Shown: positions 46,310-59,180, counted from the first letter of the stretch. The stretch: DNA of 64,000 nt from Tubulanus polymorphus (GCF_964204645.1 NC_134029.1:16052950-16116949); one strand, 5' to 3'. Notes: a model not told the origin generated them from the letters alone. Numbers and translations: made by a program.

Positions 46310-48032
46310 ATCAAAATATAATCTTTCAATATGCTTTTCCCCAAAAAGTGGTTGTAATACATTATAATAAAAATCATACATTAATAATTTTGATACTTCT
46401 AAAACAGTTAAACCAATGAATATAGGTTTATTAAATTTCATTGACGTTCTTTTTAATTTAACTGCTGTTAAATAATCTTCAAATCTTTTATCTCCTAAAT
46501 GTCTAGGGCTTGATTGTAAATGTCTCAATCTTTCAGAATTATTTACTAATTCAATATCATTTCTATTTCTAATATTTTCACATGTTTTACCATAAAAACT
46601 ATTATTCATTAATTTGAAGAAATCTTTTTCAAAATCTGTTTTTGATATGGTTCTCTGTTGAGTATTAAAATCTATATATTTTCCTAACCACTTCGATTGA
46701 TTAAATTCAATATATCTATGTACTTTCTTTAATTTCATTCCTTGTTTTAGATAAAATTTTAACATTCAATAATGAACAATATAATTATATTTATTATTTT
46801 GAGTAAGTATTAATTTTTCTGTAAAAACATGATCTTTCGGTTTTATTTTCTTCTGGTATTCACTTAAATAACTATCATCTACGGTTAAATGTTCCGGGCA
46901 ATATGGTAAGTTTCTTGTTTTAAACTTTATGTCATCAGGATATTCTAAATCAACTACAAATAACCAATTGGTACTTCATCTTTTAAAGTCGCAATTGCGC
47001 TTTCCCAATCAGTTTTATCATCTTTTTCAACTTCTGTTAATATAAAATTTCTGTACGGTTGAGGTTGCATCATTGCCCAACCATATAAATTATTGGCGTC
47101 AATATATAATAATTTATATTCATCATTTGCTTTAAAATGTCTATCACCCATAACACCACTAATTCCACCTCTAATTGATTTTTCAAATAATAAAACCATG
47201 TCTGGTTCTTTTAATAAATCTAATTCTACGTAAGTATATTTTAAACCACATTGCCAGGTTAAACCAGGACTTGAATAACAATAACAAGGATCAACATTAA
47301 AATGATTCAAATTAACTTCTCTAAATTTTTCAAATATATCAGCCAATATCATAACATCTGATTTTAAGTAAAGATCAACTAATTCACCATGATTTTCTAT
47401 CTTAAAATGGTTCCAAATATTTAATGTTCTATTAAACACTTCATCTTTCACATACTCCTCTTTTAATTGGTAATAAAATTGTTCTTTTAATAATTCTGTT
47501 ACATAAAAATCATCATGTGTTTTATAAAATGAATAAGGAATTGCGCCTTTATATCTCAATAATTTTGTTCATTTGGGTAATAATGTCGAGTTATTATAAA
47601 ATCATTATCAACTAAACTTTTTGCTAAATTATCTAATGAACTTGCTAGAAATCTATAAGAATCTAAAAATCTAATGCAACCAAATTGAAATGAAATGTAA
47701 TTTTCAGATGTCTAAGCTAATAGTTTAAAATCATATTTTCTTACATTTGTACCATTCATAGCATTATGTTCTTCTATTTCTTGATTAATTGCACCCAATT
47801 TTCCTGATAATTGTTTTATAAATAGATGGGCATCATAGCCCGATAAATTATGAAATAAAATTGGTACGAAATTAACTTTCTTAGCTTGTAAATTACAATC
47901 TTCATGAGCAGCTCCACGATATTTTGAATTTAAATGATTATGATCTCTAACTTTTTTATCAAATGAATAAAAACGTTTTTCACAGTAACAACAATGAGTT
48001 GCATAATTAAAATCAATTTCATCTTCCTTTGT
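45720..48032 (-). pseudogene. pPolB: Divergent pPolB of D, carrying an intein
   Basis: VRDHNH, FHNLSGYD, YIDANNLY, KLMNNSFYGK, then YFD followed by non-polymerase sequence. Confidence 0.92.
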
Positions 48033-48222
48033 AGTAATAGGGATAATAGGCTTTCATACCAAAGGTCGAACGGTCGAGCTCGTAAAAATGAAAAAATAAT
48101 AATAATTTACAGTTGAATTAGTCGCGCACACTCCTAATTCAACTGTAAATTATTATTATTTTCATTTTTTTACTCACTCGCCCCTTAGACCTTTGATATG
48201 AAAGCCTATTATCCCTATTACT
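48033..48222. repeat. 190-bp terminal hairpin of C
   Basis: AGTAATAGGGATAATAGGCTTTCATA...TATGAAAGCCTATTATCCCTATTACT. Confidence 0.92.
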
Positions 48223-48412
48223 CTTAAAATAATCATATACATGAATAACATTTAAATTGACAGATTATTCAATATAAAAGTGTAAGCTCTTATAGAATAG
48301 ATATATAGATATATTTACAACATTATTTCAATATTCATATTTGTATGAGTTAATGCATGATATAAATCATTGAACTTCTAAAATCAATTTAGTAAAAAAA
48401 TATGTATAATAA

Positions 48413-49081
48413 ATGGAACCAGAACAACCACAAACTATAAATATTACAAATAACACTGGTGTTATAAATATATATTACAAGAAGTGTTCTAAATGTGAAT
48501 TAGATAAATTAGCTTTAACAGAATTTAGTAAGCGTAAGATTAGCAAAGATGGTTTTCAATATTGCTGTAAAACTTGTACTAAACTATATACCAAACAATA
48601 TCGAGAAGATAATATAGAACATTATAATTATTATATGGCAGAATATATGAGAGAAAGATATCAAACAGATCTTAATTTTAGATTGAAACAATGCTTAAGA
48701 TCTAGATTAACACAATTATTCAACAAAGAAACACATTCAGAAACATTATCTAATTTATTAGGTTGTACAGATGAATTTCTCAAATCATGGATAATATATC
48801 AATTCGACGATAAAATGAATATAGATAATTATGGTGAATACTTTCATATTGATCACGTGTTGCTGATTTCTAAATTTCACATGGGTGATGATTATAATAA
48901 AAAACTTATTTGGAATTGGAAGAATCTAAGACCTTTAGAAAAGAAGGAAAACATAACTAAATCTAATAAACTAGATTTACAGTTATATTTAGATCAACTG
49001 GATAAAGCAAAGACATTCGTTGAATTATGGAATAGTATTTCACAGAATCAACCGCATTCTGAGGTTTTAATCAGTGGTTAG
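48413..49081 (+). CDS. HNH-family endonuclease with zinc finger (C copy 1)
   Basis: FHIDHV..NWKNLRPLEKKEN..KSNK. Confidence 0.8.
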   Translation: MEPEQPQTINITNNTGVINIYYKKCSKCELDKLALTEFSKRKISKDGFQYCCKTCTKLYTKQYREDNIEHYNYYMAEYMRERYQTDLNFRLKQCLRSRLTQLFNKETHSETLSNLLGCTDEFLKSWIIYQFDDKMNIDNYGEYFHIDHVLLISKFHMGDDYNKKLIWNWKNLRPLEKKENITKSNKLDLQLYLDQLDKAKTFVELWNSISQNQPHSEVLISG

Positions 49082-49938
49082 AAAGCTGGCAATTCTATTG
49101 AGCTTTGTATGTATATAACACATAGCTTTTGCTTACTACTAAAACATATGTTGCCAAATATATCTTGTTTTCAATTCTAAAGAATTAATTAACTTCATCA
49201 TAAAGAACATCTGTGCAGAAATAATTAGTTTGGTTGAACGTGCGCCACGTCGGCAGTTAGAAATCAACTTTCACATACATAGTACGTATTGGATATTCTC
49301 TCTCAAAACACAGTTTACAGTTCTAAATCTAAATGTAAGTACATATATTATGAAGTAGGGAAACCTTTAAACATATTTAAGTACAGTAATTCACTTTCAC
49401 GACATCTTTTAGATTAAAATGGAATACAAAGATGAACCAGAAATTCTAAGCCAACCATCGGAAAAGGAACTAATGCTGCTGGATAGTGAAACTCGGGAAT
49501 CAATAAAAATGGAGGATGAAACTCTCGTAACACACTGAAGGTCTTTGTAATATAGATATCAAAAACGTAATCTCGATTGTATATATCTGTTTTAATATTT
49601 TATCGTTTACTGTTAACTAAGTATTGCGCAATAACCGGTCCGATTGAACCGCTTTTCTATTGTTCTCCATTGTTCTATTATTGATCGTTGTTAATGGCGG
49701 CGGTTGTTCTGTATTGATTGTTTACTGTTAACTAAGTATTGCGCAATAACCGGTCCGATTGGACCGCTTTTCTATTGTTCTCCATTGTTCTATTATCGAT
49801 CGCTAAAATTTACATAATAAATATATGTATTTATGAAATAATATTTCCACCAGTCGTTTCTTTGAATTTATTTTCAGTTTGAGATTATGAATAGGATTCT
49901 AACATGTTAATCAATTTTAATAAAAATATGTATTATAA

Positions 49939-50688
49939 ATGGAAAGCGCACAATCACAAACTATAAATATAAACAATAATGGTGTTATAAATATATATCA
50001 GAAGACATGTTATAAGTGTAAAATAAATAAATTATTAGCAGAATTTAATAAAGATAACAATAATAAAGATGGTAAAAGAAATATTTGTAAAACTTGTAGT
50101 AAATTATATAGTAAACAATATTATGTAGATAATATTGAAAAATGTAAAGAAAAAGACAAACAATATTATCTAAATAATCTAGAAAAATGTTAAGTAACGA
50201 AAAAACAATGGAGAGAAAATAATCCAGAATATTATAATAATTATCAAAAAGAAAGGCGCCGAACAGATTTTAATTTCAAAATGAGACAATACCTAGGTAA
50301 TAGATTATCACAATTATTCAGTAAAGACAAACACTCATACACGCTATCTAATTTGTTAGGTTGTACAGATAAATTCTTAAAATCATGGATAATATATCAG
50401 TTTAATGATGAAATGAATATAAATAATATATAATTAATATTTTCAAATAGACCATGTTTTACCAGTTTCGAAATTTAACATGAATGATGAACACAATCAG
50501 AAGTTAATATGGAATTGGAAGAATCTAAGACCTCTTGAAAAGAAAGAAAATAAAATCTAATCTAATAAACTAGATTTTCAGTTATATTTGGATCAATTAG
50601 ATAAAGCAAAGACATTTATTGAATTATGGAACAATGATCCTAAAAATGAACAATACGTTGAGGAATTTATTATCGAGGATCCGAAATG
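49939..50688 (+). pseudogene. Second, divergent HNH paralogue (C only)
   Basis: CYKC..KDG..CKTC, then FQIDHVLP..WNWKNLRPLEKKEN across stops and frameshifts. Confidence 0.78.
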
Positions 50689-50992
50689 ACTTATCTGGAC
50701 AGTTATAATTACTGCTCCTAATAGATAAACAAAAGTAGTGAGATATTAAATCCTAATTTAAATAAAATATTATAAAAAAACAATAACTTCAACTAGCTAG
50801 TGAATTCTATTATATTTTTAATATTTTCTTTTCAAAAAGAGAATACTTTATATTTTGAATAGATTCAAATAGAAATTCTTTAAATTCAAATAGCTAGTAT
50901 CAGTAGTCAATACTAGAATTCTTTAACTTTCACTATCTAGTATCATTTTATAATACTTATAATATTTTTCTTATTAAATTTCTCTAATATAA

Positions 50993-51595
50993 ATGTCAAA
51001 GAAATCGAGTAAGAATAGTATTGATATTGAAAAAACATTAGATGATTTGGGTATTAGTGATAATAAGGATCCAGTTGTTTCTAATTCTATTCAAGTTAAT
51101 TGTAATATAGATTATGAATACTATTTATATTGTAAGCATCATCTTGAATTATTAATTGCTGGCGGGAAATCTAAGGATTTCTTGGGAAAAATAATAACTT
51201 TTCAAGAATTAGATGCTATGAAACCAGATAAAGTAATAAAATATTTTAAGATTTATGAAGAGGCAAGATTAGCCCGAATAAATGATTCTATTTCAGATGG
51301 TATTGTCAAATGTTATTCTAAGTTATGTAACCAGTTAATACCAATTGATGATGAAAATAAATTATATAGTGATTTGAAAAATGACTACTTAGTTATGACT
51401 GAATTACAAAAATGGGTTGGTTATGCTTCATTTCAATTAGGATCGGTTATGACATTAATTTCTACTGGTGTCATAACATTTTCGAACATCAAGCCTATGG
51501 AATATAAATCAGGTAAGAACGAAACAGATGTACTACAACCAAACGTCGAAACAGAAAATGAATCAGAACAAAAATTAACTAAAATAAATGAGTGA
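50993..51595 (+). CDS. Conserved 200-aa hypothetical Polinton protein
   Basis: Homologous to 22199. Confidence 0.8.
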   Translation: MSKKSSKNSIDIEKTLDDLGISDNKDPVVSNSIQVNCNIDYEYYLYCKHHLELLIAGGKSKDFLGKIITFQELDAMKPDKVIKYFKIYEEARLARINDSISDGIVKCYSKLCNQLIPIDDENKLYSDLKNDYLVMTELQKWVGYASFQLGSVMTLISTGVITFSNIKPMEYKSGKNETDVLQPNVETENESEQKLTKINE

Positions 51596-51957
51596 TGATG
51601 TTAAGAAAAAGGCTAGATCTGAAAAACAAATTAAATGGGCAAGAGAATTAGGTAAAAGATCTTCAGAATTAAAAAAAAGCTAAGAAAAAGAAATTAACTG
51701 ATATAAATGAATCACAGAAATTATCTGATATTGATTCAAATAATAATCCATCTAATTCTTCTAATGCTGGAAGTAATTATAAATTATATATTACAATTGG
51801 GTTAATCACAATTATTATATTCTCTGGTGTAATATATAAATCAAAATTCAAATCAGATGATAAAGATGATTCCAATGACAATAAACTTATTAAACCAGAA
51901 AATAAGTCAAATGATAAAGTCATTGAAAATAAACCAAGATTATTATTAATGGATTAA
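51588..51957 (+). pseudogene. Small basic TM protein (frameshifted)
   Basis: Homologous to 22794; extra A in the run at ~51671. Confidence 0.78.
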
Positions 51958-51963
51958 AATAAG

Positions 51964-53071
51964 ATGAAAAAAGAACAATATTTAAGAGAATTATATTATA
52001 ACCCAGAAAGTGAAGTATCATATTCTAACGTTTCAGAATTATGGAATAAAATTAAATCTGATAATGAAAATGGTGCCGTACGGCACCCACATGGTGGTAT
52101 AAAATATAGTGAATTAAAATCATGGTTACAAAATCAACCAACATATCAAATCCACAAGAAAATGGATAAAACTTATTTAACAAGAAAAGTTATGGTTTCA
52201 TATATTGATCAACAATGGCAAGCAGATTTAAATGACATAAAGAACTTAGAGGAATACAAAAAAGGATATTTCTGGATATTGAATGTTATAGACATATTCA
52301 GTAGATACGCATGGTCAATTCCAATCAAAAATAAAACTGGGATAGAAGTGACAAATGCTTTTAAATCTATATTTAAAGGAGCTATTCCAGATAAGATACC
52401 ATTTGATGAAGGTAAGGAATTCTATAACAAACATTTCAAAAAACTATTATCTGATGTAGAATATTTTTCAACACACTCAGATAAAAAAGCATCTATTATA
52501 GAAAGATTTAATAAAACATTGAAAACTAGAATGTGGAAATATTTTACTGCTAATGAAACATATAAATATATCGATGTGTTAGATGATTTAGTGAAAGGTT
52601 ATAATAATTCTAAACATAGTTCTATCAATATGAAACCTATACAAGCTAGAAAAGAAGATAATTCAGAAATAGTTTGGAATAATTTATATGGCGCATTTGT
52701 CCCACATGATTTCGGTGAACTTAAATTTAAAATAGGACAACACGTTAGAATATCTAAATATAGAAAAACATTTTATAAAGGTTATACCCCTAATTTTACA
52801 GAAGAAATATTCAAGATTAAAAAGATAATATTAACTAAACCATTTGTTTATAAATTAGAAGATTTAAAAGATGAAGAAATATTAGGTTATTTCTATGAAC
52901 AAGAATTATTACTTGTACCAAATCCAGATGAAATAGAATACAAAATAGAAAAATTATTGAAATCAAAAACTCTTTAAGGAAAAAAGTATTCTTTGGTGAA
53001 ATATAAAAGGATATGATGATGAATTTAATGAATGGATTTTATCTAGTAAAATTAAAAAAATAAATGAATAA
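51964..53071 (+). pseudogene. int: Integrase of C (premature stop at 52977, in the chromodomain)
   Basis: Collinear with 23190-24275. Confidence 0.9.
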
Positions 53072-53674
53072 AGATTTATTTATATTTGAACCGCATAATA
53101 TGTTAGTTACTGGTGTAACCAATTGTGGTAAAACACATTTCATATTAGATTTGTTAGAAACTATTTATAAGAATCATTTTGATAATATAATATTATTCTG
53201 TCCTACTTATGAAATGAATAAAACATATAATAGAGATATAGTTAAGATAAAAAAGTTTATTATATTAGATCCTAAAACAGTAAAAGAAAATTTAGATAAT
53301 TGTATAAAAATAGCAATTGATACTTATAAAGGATCAAATACATTATTCATTATAGATTATTGCGCTAATTTACATGATTCAAAAGTAAGAGAAAGTGAAT
53401 TATGTTATCTAGCTTTCTCTGGGAGCAATTCGGGATAACAACATGGGTTTTAAATCAAAAATATAATTCAATTGTTAAAGACTTTAGGGAGAATATAAGA
53501 TTTCTAGTTTTATTTTATAACAAAGATAAAAAATCTATGCAACAATCATTGGAAGAAAATCAAATTATACCTACTGAGTTACATGATGAATATATGAATA
53601 AATTAAAAAATAATAAAGGTTCAAAATTATTACTGAGGTTACAATTTCCATATGAATATAAATTTATGAAATAA
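53064..53674 (+). pseudogene. Packaging ATPase of C (frameshifted)
   Basis: GVTNCGKT; split into two ORFs. Confidence 0.9.
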
Positions 53675-53694
53675 CTATTTATAATTTGGAATAT

Positions 53695-53968
53695 TATAGA
53701 AACTAATTTATATATCTATATACTAGACGTATGAGTAAGAAAGTATGATTCTTACCAAGAAGGAAGAAAGAAAGTAAGAATCTTGGTAAGAATTCTTACG
53801 TACGTCTAGTATATAGATATATAAATTATTAAATGAATTATATAAAAATGAATAAATTATATGTTTTCTCTTAATAATAATAAAAATAGATTATGAAAGT
53901 AAGATTTCTTGGATTCTTGGATTCTTACTCGTACGTCTAGTATATAGTTATATAAATTAGTTTTATAA
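53695..53968. terminator. Hairpin(s) at the convergent gene junction of C
   Basis: TATATCTATATACTAGACGTA..TACGTCTAGTATATAGATATA. Terminator role is inferred. Confidence 0.5.
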
Positions 53969-53971
53969 TAA

Positions 53972-55092
53972 TTATTCTAATTTTGTTTTTAATATATTTA
54001 TAAAATCATCTTTGTTTATATCTAATTCACCAAAAGTCTTAGGTAGATTTATTAATTTTAATTGAGCCATCTTAACATAATAATTAGTAGGTATATAAGC
54101 TTTTTCTCTTAATTTTTCTAAGTATTCATCAAAATCATCATAATCAAAATCAAAATGATTTCCAAAATTTTGTATTAGATAACTTAAATCTATTTTTCTA
54201 AAATATAATAATTTATATATTTGTTTAGGATTATCTTCTGCATAAGCTAATAATTTATCATACTCATGGTACATGGTATCATACTCACCATTTTATAAAC
54301 TTCAATTAGATGTTACTTTGATTTATAATGAGTATTTTCATCAACAGGTTCAATTTTCTTATTACAATATTGGCACATTTTATTTCTTTCTATTTCTTCT
54401 AATTTCTTTTCATGTTCTTCTAACTTCCTTTCATTTTCGATATGCGCTTGAGATTTTTTATGTTTAGAAAAATTACTTTTAGAAATATCTAAATCACAAA
54501 TGTTACAATGTTTTTTAGAATCATCAATTGTTTCATTATCATTAGTTTCAATTGTATCAACATTATCTGTTATATTATCTATGGTATCATTTGTTTCAAT
54601 TGTATTAACATTATCTATGATATTATCTATTATATTATTATCAGATATATTATTATCATTATTATTCTTTTCTTTTTCTATATGTTTATTTGATTTCTTA
54701 TGTGATGCCCAATTTTTATATGATATATATTTCTTACATACATCACAATATTTTTCATTTGTCTTTTTGGTTTTGATATCAGGTTCAATCTTACCATTAT
54801 TAGATGTAGAAGGTATTACATTATTAGATGTAGAAGGTATAACATTATTATTAGATGTAGTAGGTATTACATTATTAGATGTAGAAGGTATTACATTATT
54901 ATCAATTACATTACTTAAATTATCAACAACACCACTTTTATTATTATCGATTTCTATTAGTTAAGTTTTATAAATTTTGAAAATAGGATCAAATATCAAA
55001 GCTATATTACAAGGTATTACATAATATAAACCATCATTATTTTTATGTGTATCGATGTATGGAATATGTTTATATACTTTACCTCCTTCCAT
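53972..55092 (-). pseudogene. Multi-zinc-finger protein with tandem repeats (C allele, broken)
   Basis: Start MEGGKVYK resembles the B gene; NVIPSTSN repeats at 54790-54900; C-terminus matches the A remnant at 16450-16683. Confidence 0.72.
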
Positions 55093-55124
55093 TTATTATA
55101 TGAATTTTTATTAAAGTTAAAATT

Positions 55125-56372
55125 TTAATACATAACACTATTTAATTGAGAATTTACAATATTTAATTGCGCGTTAGATATAATATAAATGTGCATTTTG
55201 AAATTTTTGATTCCTTTATTCTTTGTCATGAATAATTGTATTCCATCTTTAGTGTTCTGTAATTTTTTTCCAGAACCATGTAATGAATTATCCTCTGTTG
55301 TTCTGAAATCTAACCATAATGCATATTTATTACCGGTATAATAATCAATTTGATTAATATTACAATTTTCAGATGATTTCACTTTTTCATTCATAAAATG
55401 TTTTCTAATTTCTGGCCACTGATCTATCATTCTCATTCCTTGACAAAATATTTTATTTGCTATTCCTTCGATAGTTATTTCTACTTTTGTTATTTCAGAA
55501 TTATAATAATTATCAACATTTATTGCGCCATTAGTATATGTTGCAATGGTAAAAAATATTAATATACCTTTAATAGATCTTCTTGGAAAGTTAATATTCT
55601 CATTAATAATTTCATCATTTGCATTAATAGTTACAATTTTAAATTTATCAATATGATCATATAATATTGAAAATCCTTGATTGTATTGAGTTTGAATTAT
55701 ACTTGAAATATTTTCATCAGTTACTGTGTCATATTCTAAACATATATTCGATAATTTATAACTCATATCTTTATTAACGCTCGATATTACAATTTCATTT
55801 ACAGGAGCAAATTTTATTTCGATTATAACGTCTTCTTGAATTGCGTATTTATATAAAGGTGCATTGTTATTTATCAATTCAAAGTCTAATGGAATTTTAT
55901 ATTTGCTTCCATATATACTTTTTATCAATTTATCTACAGCATTAGTTAATATTGCATTATGTGCTTCTGATCTTAATTTATTTTGGTTTTCTGATTGGAT
56001 TCCTTGAAATATCATATTATTTCTATTTTCTTTAGTTAACCATAAATCTTTATAATGCATAAATAAATTATAATCATCTAATGAGAAAACTGTTTCTGGA
56101 CCAATCTTTATTGTCAATTTTTTAATCAAATATCTTCCAACATTATCAACAACATAATTATTATTATTACCGATTACTTTTATATCGGCAGATAAATAAA
56201 TACTATTTGGAACGTAAAAAGTATTTTGTGTTAATCGAGGAATTCTAACGTATAAAGTTTCATCGGGATTAATATTAGAAGGGTTATGAGTAATTATATG
56301 ATGTGATCTTTCTGCTTTAATAGCATTAGATATTCTATGATTCTTAGAAGGATTGATATAACTCCCACTCAT
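55125..56372 (-). CDS. Major capsid protein, C copy, intact
   Basis: 415 aa, near-identical to A and B. Confidence 0.8.
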   Translation of the reverse strand: MSGSYINPSKNHRISNAIKAERSHHIITHNPSNINPDETLYVRIPRLTQNTFYVPNSIYLSADIKVIGNNNNYVVDNVGRYLIKKLTIKIGPETVFSLDDYNLFMHYKDLWLTKENRNNMIFQGIQSENQNKLRSEAHNAILTNAVDKLIKSIYGSKYKIPLDFELINNNAPLYKYAIQEDVIIEIKFAPVNEIVISSVNKDMSYKLSNICLEYDTVTDENISSIIQTQYNQGFSILYDHIDKFKIVTINANDEIINENINFPRRSIKGILIFFTIATYTNGAINVDNYYNSEITKVEITIEGIANKIFCQGMRMIDQWPEIRKHFMNEKVKSSENCNINQIDYYTGNKYALWLDFRTTEDNSLHGSGKKLQNTKDGIQLFMTKNKGIKNFKMHIYIISNAQLNIVNSQLNSVMY

Positions 56373-56392
56373 TTATTTAACAAAAAAAATAA

Positions 56393-57847
56393 TTATTTAT
56401 TTTTTATCATGTTTACTAATCCAAAAATAATAGCACTTACAACTGTAATTAAAAATAAAATAATAAGTTCAGCAGCAAAGTTAATAATGTTTCCTGCAGA
56501 TTTCAATATAAAACCAACAATTGATGCAATAATTCCTGGTAAAGCTGCAGCAGATTTTTTAGATAGTTCCCATAAATATTTTGCTAATTTCTTTAAACCA
56601 TCCTTAACTTTATCTTGTATAGAATTATTATCATTCGGGGGTTTATCCGGTTTATTGGGAGTAGATGTAGATTTTAAAGCATTTGATATTGCTAAACCTA
56701 TTGTGAATACCATAGTTACAGCTGTTAGAATTGAAAGAATTGTTATACCTTCTAGTTTAAATAATAATTTTATTCTATCTTTCAATGATATTTCAGAATT
56801 TGGTTTAATTTTTAAATCTTTAACAACAACTTTTAATCTATTAATACAATAATCATATGATTTTAATAATAATTTCATTTCTTCTTTCTGAAATTCTATG
56901 TTATATTCTAAATCATCAATTTCTTTTTCTAAATATGCATTTCTTTTTTTAAATTCAATTTCTTCAATAACTTTATTATCTCTATCTAATTTTGATTGTT
57001 CTAATTCTTTTCTGGTGTCAAATAATTTATTTTCTAAAGGTTTAATTCTATTATATCTAATATGTTTTTCGCGCGCAATTTTATCAGCTTCATTTCTTAT
57101 ACTAATAATTTCTCTTATTGCTTTATCAGAAAGTATATTATTTAAATCTTCTAATTGTTGATCTGTTGCATCAAGTAATCCATTCGGTAAAAGTTTTTCA
57201 ATTGGAACTCCTTTTGAATTAGGTTTACTAGTTTTGGAAGTTATATTCTGTTCAGAAGTTGTTTCTGTTTCTAAATTATAATCGATTGTTTCAAATAATT
57301 CATTAATTCTTTGTTTAAATACTCTTTCATTTTTAATAATTTCTTCTTGTGTTACATCTTCTATTTCATTACTATTTCTTATTCTTTTAATTCTAGACAG
57401 GTCTAACTTAAGCAAAGTTGATTCGGCTAATATTTTGTTTTGTTTTTTATAAGAGATATCAATATAATAATCATCTTTCAAATGATAATAATATTCACCA
57501 TCTAAAAACTTTAATTCTTTTGCTAAAAGTCTGGCGCCTCTATTATTTATATTATATCCAGAATCTTTAAATACACGTTGAAAATCATACATAAATTCAT
57601 AATTTTCTATATTTTCCTTTAATAAACCAGGATTTTCATTTTCAATAGGTATTCTCGATCTAGTTCTTCTATCAAATTCATCTGTTGATGGGGCTTTAGA
57701 ACCACTATCTGCTAAATTAGAATTATATGTTGTATCATTATCATTATCAATATTAGTATCAGCAGTCATATAATCATCATCAATATATCCTTCATTATTA
57801 TTTCCCATGCCTTCCATTTCATAATCTTCTCCACCTTTTACATCCAT
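56393..57847 (-). CDS. 484-aa acidic/coiled-coil protein with C-terminal hydrophobic helices
   Basis: Intact ORF; conserved C-terminal ~150 aa. Confidence 0.8.
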   Translation of the reverse strand: MDVKGGEDYEMEGMGNNNEGYIDDDYMTADTNIDNDNDTTYNSNLADSGSKAPSTDEFDRRTRSRIPIENENPGLLKENIENYEFMYDFQRVFKDSGYNINNRGARLLAKELKFLDGEYYYHLKDDYYIDISYKKQNKILAESTLLKLDLSRIKRIRNSNEIEDVTQEEIIKNERVFKQRINELFETIDYNLETETTSEQNITSKTSKPNSKGVPIEKLLPNGLLDATDQQLEDLNNILSDKAIREIISIRNEADKIAREKHIRYNRIKPLENKLFDTRKELEQSKLDRDNKVIEEIEFKKRNAYLEKEIDDLEYNIEFQKEEMKLLLKSYDYCINRLKVVVKDLKIKPNSEISLKDRIKLLFKLEGITILSILTAVTMVFTIGLAISNALKSTSTPNKPDKPPNDNNSIQDKVKDGLKKLAKYLWELSKKSAAALPGIIASIVGFILKSAGNIINFAAELIILFLITVVSAIIFGLVNMIKNK

Positions 57848-57863
57848 TTACATAATAAAAAAA

Positions 57864-59180
57864 TTAAAATTTAAAATATAATATTCCTCCGATTACAATT
57901 CCTATACAAGTTAAAGCTAATTTAGCATTTTCATGGGATTTATTATCATCATTTAGTTTAATTATATCATGTTGAATATTATCAGTTTTTATATCTTCTG
58001 ATGTATTGTAATCTTTTATTTTGGAATCATTATTTAATTTAATATTATTAGTTTTAGTTTCTGTTGATTGATTGTGTTTTTTATTTTTTTCACCTTCCAT
58101 TAATTTTGGAGCAGTAATAATCTTTTTATTAATATCATTTAATCCAAATGAATTATTTATTGTTGCAGTTTTAATTAGATTATTATAACCAATTATGTTT
58201 CCCATCTTTGATATTAAATCATTTGAAATAATTAATAGATTAGGGCCTATACAATAATTTAATCTAATATGTGATTTATCTAAATAATTTTGATATCTTA
58301 CAATGTTTTCTGGAATCGATCTATTTTTATCATTATGAATTGGATCTTCAAATAAAACTTTAAATTGTTTCTGCGCATCGAATGAAGTGTTATCATTTCC
58401 AATTATTGGGGATCTTGTTTCAACTTGCGCACCTAAAATACATATCAAATAAGTTCTAATTGATTGATTTATTCTTTGTATACCAGCTTTAGTAAAACCT
58501 TCACTAAAATGAAATTAACCCAACCATTATTGTTTTGTTGTTGTATATCATTATAATATTTTGGTAATTCATTCCAATTTAGTGTTCTTATATCTGAATT
58601 TGTCATTATTTTTCCAAATTCTTTAGTATATAATATTCCTAATCCACCCATTGTTCCAATTTTAGATCTAAAATCTTTATTTGAATTAATGTTAAATTCA
58701 TTACATATTTTATAAAACTTAGAAAAATTAATATTATTATTCAATTCTTTAAAATATTTTGAACCTGGTAAAGGACATTCTAATTCATCTAATATTAATT
58801 TCATTTGAAAATAAGTATGAAATCTAAAAAGTTATAACATCAATGGTAAACTTGGTTTGTTTAAATGATCATTCCAACTAATTCCACATCCTGTTGTTGC
58901 GCAATAAACAGCAAAATTTAATTGGTTCTACCAATACTTCATATTAGATTTTAATAACCATTGTTTTGCCTCATTAAATTTTTGAAATTAATTGTATACA
59001 CATGAAATATATTTTCCATCTTTACATGAAAATTATTACTTTCAGTGACATAAATATATAAATCAATAATGAATTTAAAACTTCATTTCTATATGTAATA
59101 TCTTTATTAAAATCTATTGCTGGAATATTATATTTAATTGATTTATTATATTGGAAAGCTTTTGGAAAACTATCTGCCAT
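57864..59180 (-). pseudogene. 433-aa protein homologue (C, broken)
   Basis: Collinear with 29273-30574. Confidence 0.8.

Larger units (their letters stand above)
42011..48032 (-). mobile_element. Rearranged Polinton relic D (no TIR seen; mosaic of A/B-like and divergent segments)
   Basis: Fragments of the 200-aa gene, ATPase, structural block, penton and a divergent pPolB; interrupted by C. Confidence 0.85.
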
